This document shows, piece by piece, positions 1 through 10,068 of a stretch of 64,000 nucleotides of DNA. The stretch is from NCBI GenBank assembly GCA_944387375.1, contig CALXEQ010000001.1, positions 483 through 64,482 of the forward strand, read 5' to 3'. The DNA is from an uncultured Clostridia bacterium (GTDB lineage Bacteria > Bacillota > Clostridia > TANB77 > CAG-465). The notes below the pieces were generated by a model. That model was given only the letters and a program-made list of their open reading frames with translations. It did not search any database and was not told where the DNA came from. Position numbers and translations under genes: made by a program. Positions within the stretch are counted from its first letter, which is position 1, and the number at the start of each line of letters is the position of its first letter.

Positions 1-3000
1 AAAATTGAAGGAGCAGCAAATGGAATAGAATTTCAACCAACTATAAAGGTTTGGCTAAATGGTAATTCATCGGAAGATACAAAAACTGTAATTCCAGAAA
101 AAACTATTATTAGTGCTGCACCCAGATATAATATACAATTAGTTAGAAATACGTCATGGGATCAAAGAGTAACAGTAGATTTTGGAAATGGTAATGAAAC
201 AGGAAGAATGTATAGTTATGGATTTACTATACAATTATATAATGATAATGTATCAAAAGGATTAAAAGGAATAGAATTTCCAAAAGATGACATAACTTTT
301 GATATAAAATTAAAAATGGAAAAATCTAATAATAATTCTACACAAGTAGAGGACATAACAAATGATAGTGACATAAGACTTTGGAATTATAAAGTAAATC
401 TTCAAGATAATGAGGGAAAAATACCAGGAAGACAAATGTTATTTAATGGTATACCGCATAGTGGTTTTTGTTATTGGATTCCATATGGAACTGGAACCAT
501 TGAGCAAATGCAAAATGATATGAACAGAGTATATGATTCTGGCGATATAAGTATGACACAGATTGACTCATCCACATTAAGAGTCGTTATAAATGGTTAT
601 AAATTTAATGGATTATATCCTAAATATAAAGGTGGTAATAAAGCAGGTGCATCAGAGTTCCAATATGATAAAAATGTGGGGTGTTTTGTTGCAGATGAAT
701 TTCAAATTTTTGTACCAGATAATGAGGCTAATTTAGATGAAAGTGAAAATTACTATTTAACAGTATCAAATGAAAATTTTAATGCTACTTCTATATCTGG
801 ACAAAAAGTTTCACAACAACAAAGTTTAAAAGATGATTCAGATACGACAAAACATATTATATATAAGCCTGGATTTTATGGAGAATTGATTTGGCTTTGT
901 GATGAAAATAGAATAACTATAGGTTCAGGAGCACAATATGGAGATTCTTCAGCAGTAAAAGGTGATATTATAACAGTTAATTCTGTATCACAAATGGGAA
1001 CTACAAATGAAGATAATGTTTATGAAGTAGATAAATTAGTTAAATTCAATGGAGAAGCTGTTGAACCAGTTAAATATAATGGGAAATATTTCACAACTAC
1101 GTCTTTTGATACAATGACATTTGATATATATTTTGTTACAAAAAAAGATGGTAAAAATTGGAGTTCACAAGAGGAAAGAAATAACGCTAATATAGAAGAT
1201 TTGAAAATATACGAAAATATGGAAGATATACCGGAAGGAAGCCTATGTATTGGAGTATATTATGAATCTAAAGATGGATATTGTATGTTACCAAATTCAA
1301 GTGATCAGAGAAGTATATATACATATTTAAAAATAAAAGATACTGCTAAAATTGGACAAACATATGGTTTTGTTCAAACAAGTAAGTATTGGACTGTAGA
1401 TTTAGATAGAAATATATATTCTCAAATTAGACTTAATGGATATGAAAATTATCCAGAACCAGTATATGAAAATAGTGGTGTAAACTATATTAAAACTGAA
1501 TATGATGAAAATGGCGAGATTGTGCCTGGAACACATAATGGATCATATATTGGAACTACTATTTTAGTATTAGGTGCAAAACAAAAAATCCAACAGACAC
1601 CTGTAGATATTAACAACAATGAAAAAATAAATTACGATCTGGGAAAAAATGAAAATATTGTTAGATATAAGATTGAGCCAAGTTTATATCAAGAAGAGGA
1701 AAATAAAGCTGAGGTTACAGGGGTAACGATAAAAATATCAGACATATTACCTTCTGGTTTAACATATGTACCCAATAGTTCAAATTATGGTGAGCCAGAT
1801 ATTAATAAAAATGATGATGGAACAACTACACTTATTTGGCATATATATGATTGTATATCAGATCACTTAATAGAACCATTATATTTTGAGGCGAGAATAT
1901 CAGAAAATTCACTAAATGGTATACAATATACTAATAAAGCTATAATTTTATCTGACAATGATAAGATTGGAAATACAGAGTTAAGTTTTAGAACATCAAC
2001 ATCTACAATACAAATAATAAATTTATCATCACATAGACTATATAAAACTACAGATATGTCTGTAGTAGAAAAAGGTAAACAAATACATTATACTATATCA
2101 TATAAAAATAATACTGATGAAACAATCTCAGACTTTCAGCTTTTAGATGTTTTACCATATAATGGAGATGGTAGAGGAACAGAATATATAGGAGATTATA
2201 TTTTAGATAGAATAGAAGTAATGCAGTTGGATGAAACAGGAAAAAAGATATCAAATGATAATTTAAAAATATTATACACGGACGATGAGAATGTAAGAAA
2301 AACAGTGGTAGTTAGTGATGATGATTTAGGAGAAGGTTGGAAAGAAATAAAAAGTGAAAATGTAAATGATAAGGCTACAGCAATAGTAATAAAAGGAGAG
2401 ATAGCACCACAGGGGAGTTTAGAGGTAAATATATATTTACCTGTTAGTAATAATAGTGGTTTAAATAAATATGTAAATAATGCAACAGTACAAGTAGATA
2501 AAGCTACAGAAGAGATGGTAACAAGTAATGTTAATGTACAAGTAATAAAAAGACAAATAGAAGGAAAAGTGTGGGAAGATAGTAATGAAAATGGAATAAA
2601 AGATGAAGAAGAAATTGCAATAAGCAATATAGAAATGATACTAACAGATGAATTAGGAAATCAAGTGGAAGATGTAAATGGAAATATAATATCAAGTATA
2701 AGAACAGATGAAAATGGATATTATAAATTTGAAAATTTACCGATGGGAACATATTATGTAAAGATCAACATACCAAATAATGAATATGAACTAACAGAAA
2801 AAGAGGTTGGAACAAATAGTGAAATAAATAGTAAGTTTAATAAAGATACGCAAGAAACAGATGTGATAACAAAATTAAATGGAACAGATTTACCAGAGCT
2901 TACAGTATCAAATGTGAATGCTGGATTAATAAGTAGAAAAACAAGCGTTATGGTAAAACATGTAGATGAAAAAGGGAATAATTTGATAGAGCCAGAGACA

Positions 3001-3567
3001 ATAGATGGAAAAGTAGGAGATGAGTATCAAACACAAGCAAAAGATTTTGAAGAATATGAAGTAAAAGAGATAATAGGAAATGAGATAGGACAAATGACAC
3101 CAGAACAAATAACAGTAACATACGTATATAAAAAGATAGAAGGAAGTATAGAGATAACAAAAATAGATAAAAAAGACAATAGTAAGTTGATAGAAGGAGC
3201 AACATTTAGAATAGAAAAGTTAAAAGATAATGGAGAAGTAGATGAGGAGTTCTCATATCAAGAATTAACAACAGATAAAGAAGGAAAAGTAAAATTTGAA
3301 GGATTAGAAGTAGGAAAATATAGAGTAGCAGAGACAAGAGCGCCACAAGGATATGAATTGTCAAAAGATAGTATAGAAGTAGAAATAACAAAAGAAAATA
3401 GATATATAACATTAACAGCAGAAAATGAATTAAAACTAGTATTACCAGAAACAGGTGGTATAAATAATACAATAATTTTTGTAATAATTGGATTTTTAGC
3501 AATGATCATATCTTTAATTATTGCAAAATCTGAAAAAATTAAAAAATATTATATAAGACACAAATAG
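1..3567 (+). CDS. 5'-truncated LPXTG cell-wall-anchored adhesin (putative pilus tip adhesin) with SdrD-B/CnaB-like, MucBP and SpaA-type isopeptide domains
   Basis: Frame 1 is open from nt 1, with no stop before the annotated Met at 208, so the gene begins upstream of the window. The C-terminus is LPETGG, then a hydrophobic stretch, then a KKYYIRHK charged tail: a classic sortase sorting signal. Internal EGKVWEDSNENGIKDEEE...YYVKI matches an SdrD B-like repeat. VMVKHVDEKGNNL...VTYVYKK is MucBP-like. The terminal KDGKVKFEGLEVGKYRVAETRAPQGY is a SpaA-like pilin domain with an E-box. Confidence 0.8.
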   Translation, partial: KIEGAANGIEFQPTIKVWLNGNSSEDTKTVIPEKTIISAAPRYNIQLVRNTSWDQRVTVDFGNGNETGRMYSYGFTIQLYNDNVSKGLKGIEFPKDDITFDIKLKMEKSNNNSTQVEDITNDSDIRLWNYKVNLQDNEGKIPGRQMLFNGIPHSGFCYWIPYGTGTIEQMQNDMNRVYDSGDISMTQIDSSTLRVVINGYKFNGLYPKYKGGNKAGASEFQYDKNVGCFVADEFQIFVPDNEANLDESENYYLTVSNENFNATSISGQKVSQQQSLKDDSDTTKHIIYKPGFYGELIWLCDENRITIGSGAQYGDSSAVKGDIITVNSVSQMGTTNEDNVYEVDKLVKFNGEAVEPVKYNGKYFTTTSFDTMTFDIYFVTKKDGKNWSSQEERNNANIEDLKIYENMEDIPEGSLCIGVYYESKDGYCMLPNSSDQRSIYTYLKIKDTAKIGQTYGFVQTSKYWTVDLDRNIYSQIRLNGYENYPEPVYENSGVNYIKTEYDENGEIVPGTHNGSYIGTTILVLGAKQKIQQTPVDINNNEKINYDLGKNENIVRYKIEPSLYQEEENKAEVTGVTIKISDILPSGLTYVPNSSNYGEPDINKNDDGTTTLIWHIYDCISDHLIEPLYFEARISENSLNGIQYTNKAIILSDNDKIGNTELSFRTSTSTIQIINLSSHRLYKTTDMSVVEKGKQIHYTISYKNNTDETISDFQLLDVLPYNGDGRGTEYIGDYILDRIEVMQLDETGKKISNDNLKILYTDDENVRKTVVVSDDDLGEGWKEIKSENVNDKATAIVIKGEIAPQGSLEVNIYLPVSNNSGLNKYVNNATVQVDKATEEMVTSNVNVQVIKRQIEGKVWEDSNENGIKDEEEIAISNIEMILTDELGNQVEDVNGNIISSIRTDENGYYKFENLPMGTYYVKINIPNNEYELTEKEVGTNSEINSKFNKDTQETDVITKLNGTDLPELTVSNVNAGLISRKTSVMVKHVDEKGNNLIEPETIDGKVGDEYQTQAKDFEEYEVKEIIGNEIGQMTPEQITVTYVYKKIEGSIEITKIDKKDNSKLIEGATFRIEKLKDNGEVDEEFSYQELTTDKEGKVKFEGLEVGKYRVAETRAPQGYELSKDSIEVEITKENRYITLTAENELKLVLPETGGINNTIIFVIIGFLAMIISLIIAKSEKIKKYYIRHK

Positions 3568-3575
3568 TGTCTTAT
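3553..3575 (+). terminator. Weak hairpin overlapping the adhesin stop codon with no T-run; possible attenuator allowing readthrough into the pilin gene
   Basis: 9-bp inverted repeat ataagacac / gtgtcttat around the TAG stop. It is followed by atataat rather than a T-tract. Confidence 0.3.
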
Positions 3576-3665
3576 ATAATATTAAGATTTTAATAATAAC
3601 TATTGAAAAATTTTGTCGATTTGTGATATTTTTATAATGCGAAATATATAAGAGGAGGAAAATGT

Positions 3666-5423
3666 ATGAAAAGTAAAACAAAAAAGTATAGTATATTTTT
3701 TGTTGTTATGGTTATGGTATTAGTATCAACTTTAGCAGTAAAAGTAAAAGCTGCTGATCCTACAACAGGATCACTTACTATAGTTGCAAAGGAACAACAA
3801 AATAATACTACAAATAATGATCCTTTAAAAGGGGTAGAGTATACTTTATATAAAGTAGATGAAACTGTTGAAACTACAACACAAGCAGAAAGTTATATAA
3901 CTAGCAATTCAGTTACTGGAACAGCAAAAACAACAGGAGAAGATGGAACAGTTGTTTTTGATAACATAGATCTTGGCAGATATTATGTTAAAGTAACTAA
4001 TGTACCAGATGGTGTTGTAGCAACTGAAGATTTTATAGTAGAATTACCAAGAACTAATTCAACAGGTACAGGTTGGGATTATGATATAACAGTTGAGCCA
4101 AAAATAAAAACAGCTTTTGGTAATTTGGAGTTTACAAAAACAGATGCAAATGGTACTCCAATGAATGGAGTTGAATTTAAACTTCAAGTAAAGCAAAATA
4201 ATGGAGCATGGGTAGATTATGCTGCTCAAACTAATTTTACTACAAACAGTGAAGGTAAAATTACATTAAATAATTTACCAAGTTATGATTATAATTCAAA
4301 TACAGCAACTTATAGATTAGTTGAGGTATCAGTACCAGATACTGGATATATTATTAATAATAAACAATTAGCTACTTTAGTATGGAAAGTAAATAATGAC
4401 GGAACAATAACTATAGAAAATGAATCATCACTAGATAGTGATTTATTTACAGTTACAAAAGACGCAAATGTTACAAAAGTAACATATAAAAACGAAAAAC
4501 CAGAAGTAGAGAAAAAAGTTAAAAATGGTGGAGAATATTTAGATATGGTTGGCGCATTTTTAACAGATACTGTAGAATTTAAAGTAACAGCAGGTATACC
4601 AATGCAAATTGCGGATATGAAAACATATAAAATTACAGATAATATTCCACAAGGATTAACTTTAAATAGAGAAAGTATAAAAATTGAAGCAACAACAGCA
4701 GACAGTAGTGAGACAGTACCAACAGATGTATATACATTATCTCAAACAGGATTAGAAGTTACATTTAATCCACAAAAATTAGCTGAAAATAATTATAGTG
4801 CAATAATAATAACTTATACTGCAAAACTAAATATGGAAGAAGCAGTAATAGGTGGAGATGGTAATGTAAATACTGTAACACTTGAATATACAAACAAAGT
4901 TGCAGAAAATGGAGACGAAGAAGATAAAACAACAACTACAGATACTGCACAAGTTCATACAGGAGCGTTATCAATAGAAAAAGTAGAAAAAGGAAATGTT
5001 GAAACAAAGCTTGCAGGAGCTAAATTTAAAATAGCTACTACAGAGCAAAATGCAAAAGATGGAATATTTGTAAAAGATGAAACAGGAGCAGATATTGAAG
5101 TAGAAACAAATGATCAGGGTCAAGCAGTAATAGAAGGATTAAAATATGCAGATAATGAAGCTGATACATCATATTGGCTAGTTGAAACACAAGCACCAAG
5201 TTACATAGAAGATGGAGTAACAAAATATTACAATTTATTAAAGGATCCTGTAGAAGTACAAGTAGGAAAGACAACTCATGAAAGTGCTGTACAAATTGAA
5301 AATGGTAAAGGTTTTGATTTACCAGCAACAGGTAGTATAGGACTTGCAATATTTACAGTAGTAGGTATAGCAGTAATGGCAGGTGCAGTAGTTTTAAATA
5401 AAAAACAAAAAGTACAAGAATAA
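3666..5423 (+). CDS. LPXTG-anchored pilin-like surface protein (putative major pilin subunit)
   Basis: Strong SD agaggagg precedes the start. N-terminal signal peptide (MKSKTKKYSIFFVVMVMVLVSTLAVKVKA). Pilin-motif-like VTYKNEKPEV, E-box-like YWLVETQAPSY, and C-terminal LPATGS with a hydrophobic segment and KKQK tail. Confidence 0.75.
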   Translation: MKSKTKKYSIFFVVMVMVLVSTLAVKVKAADPTTGSLTIVAKEQQNNTTNNDPLKGVEYTLYKVDETVETTTQAESYITSNSVTGTAKTTGEDGTVVFDNIDLGRYYVKVTNVPDGVVATEDFIVELPRTNSTGTGWDYDITVEPKIKTAFGNLEFTKTDANGTPMNGVEFKLQVKQNNGAWVDYAAQTNFTTNSEGKITLNNLPSYDYNSNTATYRLVEVSVPDTGYIINNKQLATLVWKVNNDGTITIENESSLDSDLFTVTKDANVTKVTYKNEKPEVEKKVKNGGEYLDMVGAFLTDTVEFKVTAGIPMQIADMKTYKITDNIPQGLTLNRESIKIEATTADSSETVPTDVYTLSQTGLEVTFNPQKLAENNYSAIIITYTAKLNMEEAVIGGDGNVNTVTLEYTNKVAENGDEEDKTTTTDTAQVHTGALSIEKVEKGNVETKLAGAKFKIATTEQNAKDGIFVKDETGADIEVETNDQGQAVIEGLKYADNEADTSYWLVETQAPSYIEDGVTKYYNLLKDPVEVQVGKTTHESAVQIENGKGFDLPATGSIGLAIFTVVGIAVMAGAVVLNKKQKVQE

Positions 5424-5445
5424 AAAATAAAATTAATAAATAATA

Positions 5446-5482
5446 AAGGATTCTAGTTTAAAACTTAGAGTCCTTTATTTTG
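5446..5482 (+). terminator. Rho-independent terminator downstream of the pilin gene
   Basis: Imperfect hairpin aaaggattctagttt / aaacttagagtccttt followed by atttt. Confidence 0.5.
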
Positions 5483-5561
5483 TAAAATTAGTATATGTAT
5501 TGTCATATAAATTGTAAATAATACTTTTTATGATATAATAACTATGGTGGTAATAATGAAT

Positions 5562-6974
5562 ATAGATGAAAAATATGAAAAACTAATTACTTTTTTTAAA
5601 GAATTATCTAAAGTACCTAGAAATTCTAAAAAAGAAGAAAGGATAGCTGAATTTTTATGTAATTTTGCAAAAGAAAGAAATCTTTGGTATAGAAAAGATA
5701 ATTTTAATAATGTGTTAATTAAAAGAAAAGCAAGTATTGGTTATGAGAATAGAAAAGTAATAATGTTTCAAGCTCATACAGATATGGTATGTGAAAAAAC
5801 TAAGGATAGTACTCATAACTTTGACACTGATCCAATTGAAATAATAGATGAAGGAGATATATTAAGAGCAAAAGATACAACTCTTGGTGCAGATGATGGT
5901 ATAGGTGTTGCATATTTGCTACTTTTATTAGATGATAAAGATATTAAATTACCTGCTATTGAGTGTTTATTTACAACTCAAGAAGAAATTGGAATGAATG
6001 GTGCAAGAGCTTTTGATTATTCAGATATTAACGCTTCATATTTAATAAATTTAGATGGAGAAGAAGAAAATACTGCAATAGTAGGATGTGCTGGAGGAGT
6101 AAGTGTTAATTATTCTAAAGTAGTTAAACAAGAAAAGTGTAAAGGTAAAGCATATAAATTAGAGATAAGTGGACTTTATGGAGGGCATTCTGGTGTAGAT
6201 ATAGATAAAGGGAGGACAAATTCTAATTTACTTGTTGCATTGTTACTTGAAGATATATCAGATATAAAGATAGTATCGTTTAATGGTGGAAGTAAAGATA
6301 ATGCTATAGCAAATAGGAGTGAGATTGTATTTTTAAGTAATCTTAATGTTAAGTCAATTATAGATAAAAATTTATCTGGTGTAACTTTTAAAAATGAAGA
6401 TAAAAATGTAGAAATTAAAGTATCAATATTAGATGATACTCAATATAATTGTATTAGCAACTGTGAAAGTTTAAAATTTTTATCTTTAATAAGAGATTTA
6501 AGGCAAAATGTTATTGAATATAGCAAGGATATAGAAGGGCTCGTTGAAACATCTGGAAATATAGGCATTGTAAATATTAAAAATGGTAAAATTAGTATAG
6601 TCGAGTCTTTAAGATCTAGTGTAGATGCAAAACGTAATTTGGTAAAAGAGTATAATAACAATTTAGCAAGCAGTTTAGAATATGAAATAAAAGAAGAGGG
6701 AGAATATCCAGGATGGAAATATAATAAAAATTCAAAACTTGAAAAAATTTATATTCAAGCATATAAGAAATATCATAATGGAAATGATCCTATTGTGTGT
6801 GCAATACATGCAGGTGTTGAATGTGGAATGATTTATGAAAAACTTCCTCATTTAGATATGATATCTTTAGGTCCAGATGTTAAAGATGTTCATACAGTAA
6901 ATGAAAAATTATATCTTTTATCATGTAAGACATTACTTAATACATTACTTGAAATTATAAATAATTTAGATTAA
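5562..6974 (+). CDS. pepD: Aminoacyl-histidine dipeptidase (M20C, PepD family)
   Basis: N-terminus MNIDEKYEKLITFFKELSKVPRNSKKE is typical PepD. HTDMV metal-binding motif. Length is about 470 aa. Start moved from the track ATG at 5544 to the ATG at 5562, which has GGTGGT SD-like spacing. Confidence 0.8.
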   Translation: MDEKYEKLITFFKELSKVPRNSKKEERIAEFLCNFAKERNLWYRKDNFNNVLIKRKASIGYENRKVIMFQAHTDMVCEKTKDSTHNFDTDPIEIIDEGDILRAKDTTLGADDGIGVAYLLLLLDDKDIKLPAIECLFTTQEEIGMNGARAFDYSDINASYLINLDGEEENTAIVGCAGGVSVNYSKVVKQEKCKGKAYKLEISGLYGGHSGVDIDKGRTNSNLLVALLLEDISDIKIVSFNGGSKDNAIANRSEIVFLSNLNVKSIIDKNLSGVTFKNEDKNVEIKVSILDDTQYNCISNCESLKFLSLIRDLRQNVIEYSKDIEGLVETSGNIGIVNIKNGKISIVESLRSSVDAKRNLVKEYNNNLASSLEYEIKEEGEYPGWKYNKNSKLEKIYIQAYKKYHNGNDPIVCAIHAGVECGMIYEKLPHLDMISLGPDVKDVHTVNEKLYLLSCKTLLNTLLEIINNLD

Positions 6975-7004
6975 AAATATGCACAAGTGTTGCATATTTT
7001 TTTC
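6975..7004 (+). terminator. Rho-independent terminator after pepD
   Basis: Stem atatgca / tgcatat, 7-nt loop, then a TTTTTTT run. Confidence 0.7.
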
Positions 7005-7063
7005 TTTATTTTTTGTATTTTCTATAGTATAATAATGTAAATAAAAAAGGTAGAGATGTAAAA

Positions 7064-8620
7064 ATGTATAGATTAAGTGATATAAAAATACGAGATAATT
7101 TATCCGAAGAGCAAGTAATAGATATTGCACTTAAAAAATATAAAATAAATAAAAATGATGTTAAAAATGCATATATAAATAAAAGATCAGTTGATGCAAG
7201 AAATAAAACCGATATATTTTTTAACTATTCTGTAAATGTTAAATTAAAAAATAATAAAATGATAAAAGGTGCAAAATTTATTGAGGAAGATAAACTTCCG
7301 ACTATAGTAGTAAAAAGAAAAAGTAAATTTAAACCTGTAATTGTGGGAGCAGGTCCTGCAGGACTTTTTACAGCTTTAACGCTTATAGATAATGGTGTAT
7401 TACCTATTGTTATAGAACAGGGATCTAAAGTAGAAAAAAGAGTTAAGGATGTTGAAAACTTTACTAAAAATGGAGTACTTAACACATCATCTAATATACA
7501 GTTTGGAGAAGGTGGAGCAGGAACTTTTTCTGATGGTAAATTAAATACAGGAAATAATTCAAAATTTTCTAAAAAAGTATTAGAAGAATTTGTGAAATTT
7601 GGTGCACCAAAAGAAATATTATATAATGCTAAACCTCATCTTGGAACAGATAATTTAGTAAATATAGTAAAAAATATAAGAGAATATATAGTATCAAAAG
7701 GTGGTATTTTTTTATTTGATACTAAAGTGGAAGACTTTGAAATTAATAATGGAAAAATTTGTGGTGTATATGCAAATAATGAAAAAATTGATACAGATAC
7801 AGTAATACTTGCAATAGGTCATAGTGCAAGAGATACTTTTAAAAAACTTTTAGAAAAAAAAGTAAATATTATTCCAAAAAGTTTTGCTGTAGGTGTAAGA
7901 ATTGAACATTTGCAAAGTAATATAAATAAAGCTCAATATGGAGAAAATGCTAAATTTAAGCTACCACCAGCAGAGTATAAATTAGTATATCATGCTAAAA
8001 ATGGAAGAGTATGTTATACATTCTGTATGTGTCCAGGTGGACAAGTTATGGCATCATCTTCAGAGGAAAATACTATAGTTACAAATGGTATGAGTAATTT
8101 TTTACGTGACGGAAAAAATGCAAATAGTGCTTTACTTGTAAATGTTACACCAGATGATTGTAAGTATGATACTCCACTTAAAGGAATGTATTTTCAAGAA
8201 GAGCTAGAAAAAAGAGCTTTTGTACTTGGTGGCAAAAATTATTTTGCACCTGTTCAAAGAGTTAAAGATTATTTAGATAATATTAAAAGCTCAAAAGTAG
8301 GTAGTGTTTTGCCTACATATAAACCAGGATATACATTAGCTAATATAAATGAGTTATTTCCAGACTATATAAATGATACTTTAAAAGAGGCATTATTAGA
8401 GCTAGACAAAAAGTTAAATGGATTTTCAGATGATGATGCTATACTTACAGCAGTTGAGACAAGAACTTCTTCTCCTATTCAAATAGTAAGAGATAAAGAT
8501 AGTTTAATGTCAAATGTTGAAGGTATGTATCCTTGTGGTGAAGGTGCAGGATATGCAGGAGGAATAATGACATCTGCAATAGATGGAATAAGAGTAGCAG
8601 CAGAAGTACTAAAAAAATAA
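7064..8620 (+). CDS. FAD-dependent oxidoreductase (COG2509-like uncharacterised FAD-dependent dehydrogenase)
   Basis: Dinucleotide-binding motif VIVGAGPAGLFTAL. The second Rossmann segment is ILAIGHSARD. Size of about 518 aa is typical for this family. Confidence 0.7.
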   Translation: MYRLSDIKIRDNLSEEQVIDIALKKYKINKNDVKNAYINKRSVDARNKTDIFFNYSVNVKLKNNKMIKGAKFIEEDKLPTIVVKRKSKFKPVIVGAGPAGLFTALTLIDNGVLPIVIEQGSKVEKRVKDVENFTKNGVLNTSSNIQFGEGGAGTFSDGKLNTGNNSKFSKKVLEEFVKFGAPKEILYNAKPHLGTDNLVNIVKNIREYIVSKGGIFLFDTKVEDFEINNGKICGVYANNEKIDTDTVILAIGHSARDTFKKLLEKKVNIIPKSFAVGVRIEHLQSNINKAQYGENAKFKLPPAEYKLVYHAKNGRVCYTFCMCPGGQVMASSSEENTIVTNGMSNFLRDGKNANSALLVNVTPDDCKYDTPLKGMYFQEELEKRAFVLGGKNYFAPVQRVKDYLDNIKSSKVGSVLPTYKPGYTLANINELFPDYINDTLKEALLELDKKLNGFSDDDAILTAVETRTSSPIQIVRDKDSLMSNVEGMYPCGEGAGYAGGIMTSAIDGIRVAAEVLKK

Positions 8621-8640
8621 TATAAAAAGTGGTGAGATAT

Positions 8641-9999
8641 ATGATGTCGCAAAAAAATATAATTTTTTTAATTAAGGTTTTAGCAGCAGTTATTGTTATG
8701 ATTTTACTTATGTTTTTGTATAATCGTATACTAAATCTAGAAAGCTATGCTAAAGAGCAAGAAAATAAAATTGAAGAGGTATTTTCAAATGTAGAAAATA
8801 ATTTAGCAGTACTAGAGTTATATACAATATATGGTAATCATTTAAATGTTAACGGTTATTTATTAAAAGATTATTTAGAAAATATAACTGTAAACAACAT
8901 GTCTTTAATTTTAGAAGAAGATGATGGACAAGTTCTAGAGTATCCTCTAGAATATGCGCAACAAGAAGAAAAGTATGAGTTTACATTATCTAAAAATATA
9001 AACGAAGGTGTTGATCTTAATAGCATAGCTCAAGGAAATTATTATGTGTTTTTGAAGGTAAATGGAACTGCAGAAGAAAATAATGTAGAAAAATATTTTT
9101 CGCTAGATAATATAAGCATGTATAGTTCAAATGAATATTATACTCTAACAAAAAATAATACAAATAATAAAATAGATGTTTTATTTAATAGCTATTTAAA
9201 AGATGATGAATATAGTTTAGATTATATGGAAATTACCTCTGTGACTTGTAGCTTACCAGAAGACGTTGTAGACATTGTAATAGATCCAGGTCATGGTGGT
9301 TATGATGGCGGAGCTGTATATGAAGACTATGAAGAGGCTGAATTTACACTAGAGTATTCTAAGGCTCTAAAAGAAAAATTAGAGTCTTATGGGTATAAAG
9401 TAGCACTTACACGAGAAGAAGATGTGTATACTGAGTCGTATGGCCCAAATGGACGAGCAGTTATGCCAAATGCAAAAAAAGCAAAACTTGTTTTATCTAT
9501 ACATTTAAATAGTACAGCCTCACTTCCGGTAGAAGGTGGAGTTGAGATATATGCACCAAACAATGCAAATTTAGATTTTGCTAAGTCTTTTGCAGATAAT
9601 ATAGTAAATTATGCAAGTACAAGATATTCTGTAAATGGACAAAATAGAGTGGAAAATGGTGTATATGTATGGACATATAGTGAACAAGATGTAATAGATG
9701 CAAAAGAATATGCAGATTATATGGGATATGAAATGTATGAGAATTTAACTACACAAACGCCTTATCTTTTTATGATAAGAGAAAATGGTGGAATTATGAC
9801 AAAAGCATATGTTGATGGTAGAAATACAAGTATTGGCAATAATCCGTATTATAATAGCAATATAACAGCAGAGGCATATTTATTAGAGCTTGGATTTATA
9901 AACTCACAAGCTGATTTAAATAATTTAATAAACAATAAAGAGGCATATATAAATGCAATAGCAGATGCAATAGTTAGTAATTATTCTGTGTTAAAATAA
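8641..9999 (+). CDS. N-acetylmuramoyl-L-alanine amidase (Amidase_3) with N-terminal membrane anchor and an extra domain
   Basis: DPGHGGYDGGAV...SIHLNS...GVEIY motif series of Amidase_3. N-terminal TM helix. The track GTG start at 8629 was replaced by the ATG at 8641, which follows GGTGAG. Confidence 0.75.
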   Translation: MMSQKNIIFLIKVLAAVIVMILLMFLYNRILNLESYAKEQENKIEEVFSNVENNLAVLELYTIYGNHLNVNGYLLKDYLENITVNNMSLILEEDDGQVLEYPLEYAQQEEKYEFTLSKNINEGVDLNSIAQGNYYVFLKVNGTAEENNVEKYFSLDNISMYSSNEYYTLTKNNTNNKIDVLFNSYLKDDEYSLDYMEITSVTCSLPEDVVDIVIDPGHGGYDGGAVYEDYEEAEFTLEYSKALKEKLESYGYKVALTREEDVYTESYGPNGRAVMPNAKKAKLVLSIHLNSTASLPVEGGVEIYAPNNANLDFAKSFADNIVNYASTRYSVNGQNRVENGVYVWTYSEQDVIDAKEYADYMGYEMYENLTTQTPYLFMIRENGGIMTKAYVDGRNTSIGNNPYYNSNITAEAYLLELGFINSQADLNNLINNKEAYINAIADAIVSNYSVLK

Positions 10000-10012
10000 T
10001 GTATAAAATAAG

Positions 10013-10041
10013 TTGAAATGTACAAAAGACAATGATATAAT
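10013..10041 (+). promoter_or_regulatory. Sigma-A promoter for the nrdD operon (TTGAAA-17-TATAAT)
   Basis: ttgaaa at 10013-10018, a 17-nt spacer, tataat at 10036-10041, about 28 nt upstream of the nrdD ATG. Confidence 0.6.
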
Positions 10042-10068
10042 TTCAAATGTATTATAGGGGTGAATTAA

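Noticed and set aside
2196-3509. Multiple minus-strand ORFs (60-143 aa) inside the adhesin gene, and similar shadow ORFs inside pilin, nrdD, guaB and others.
   Set aside because: Leu/Phe/Ser-rich low-complexity translations typical of the antisense strand of AT-rich, Lys/Glu-rich coding sequence. No SD sequences. They lie fully inside well-supported genes.
9999-10068. An NrdR box upstream of nrdD.
   Set aside because: No convincing acaCwAtATaTwGtgt-like palindrome found. Only a consensus sigma-A promoter is evident.
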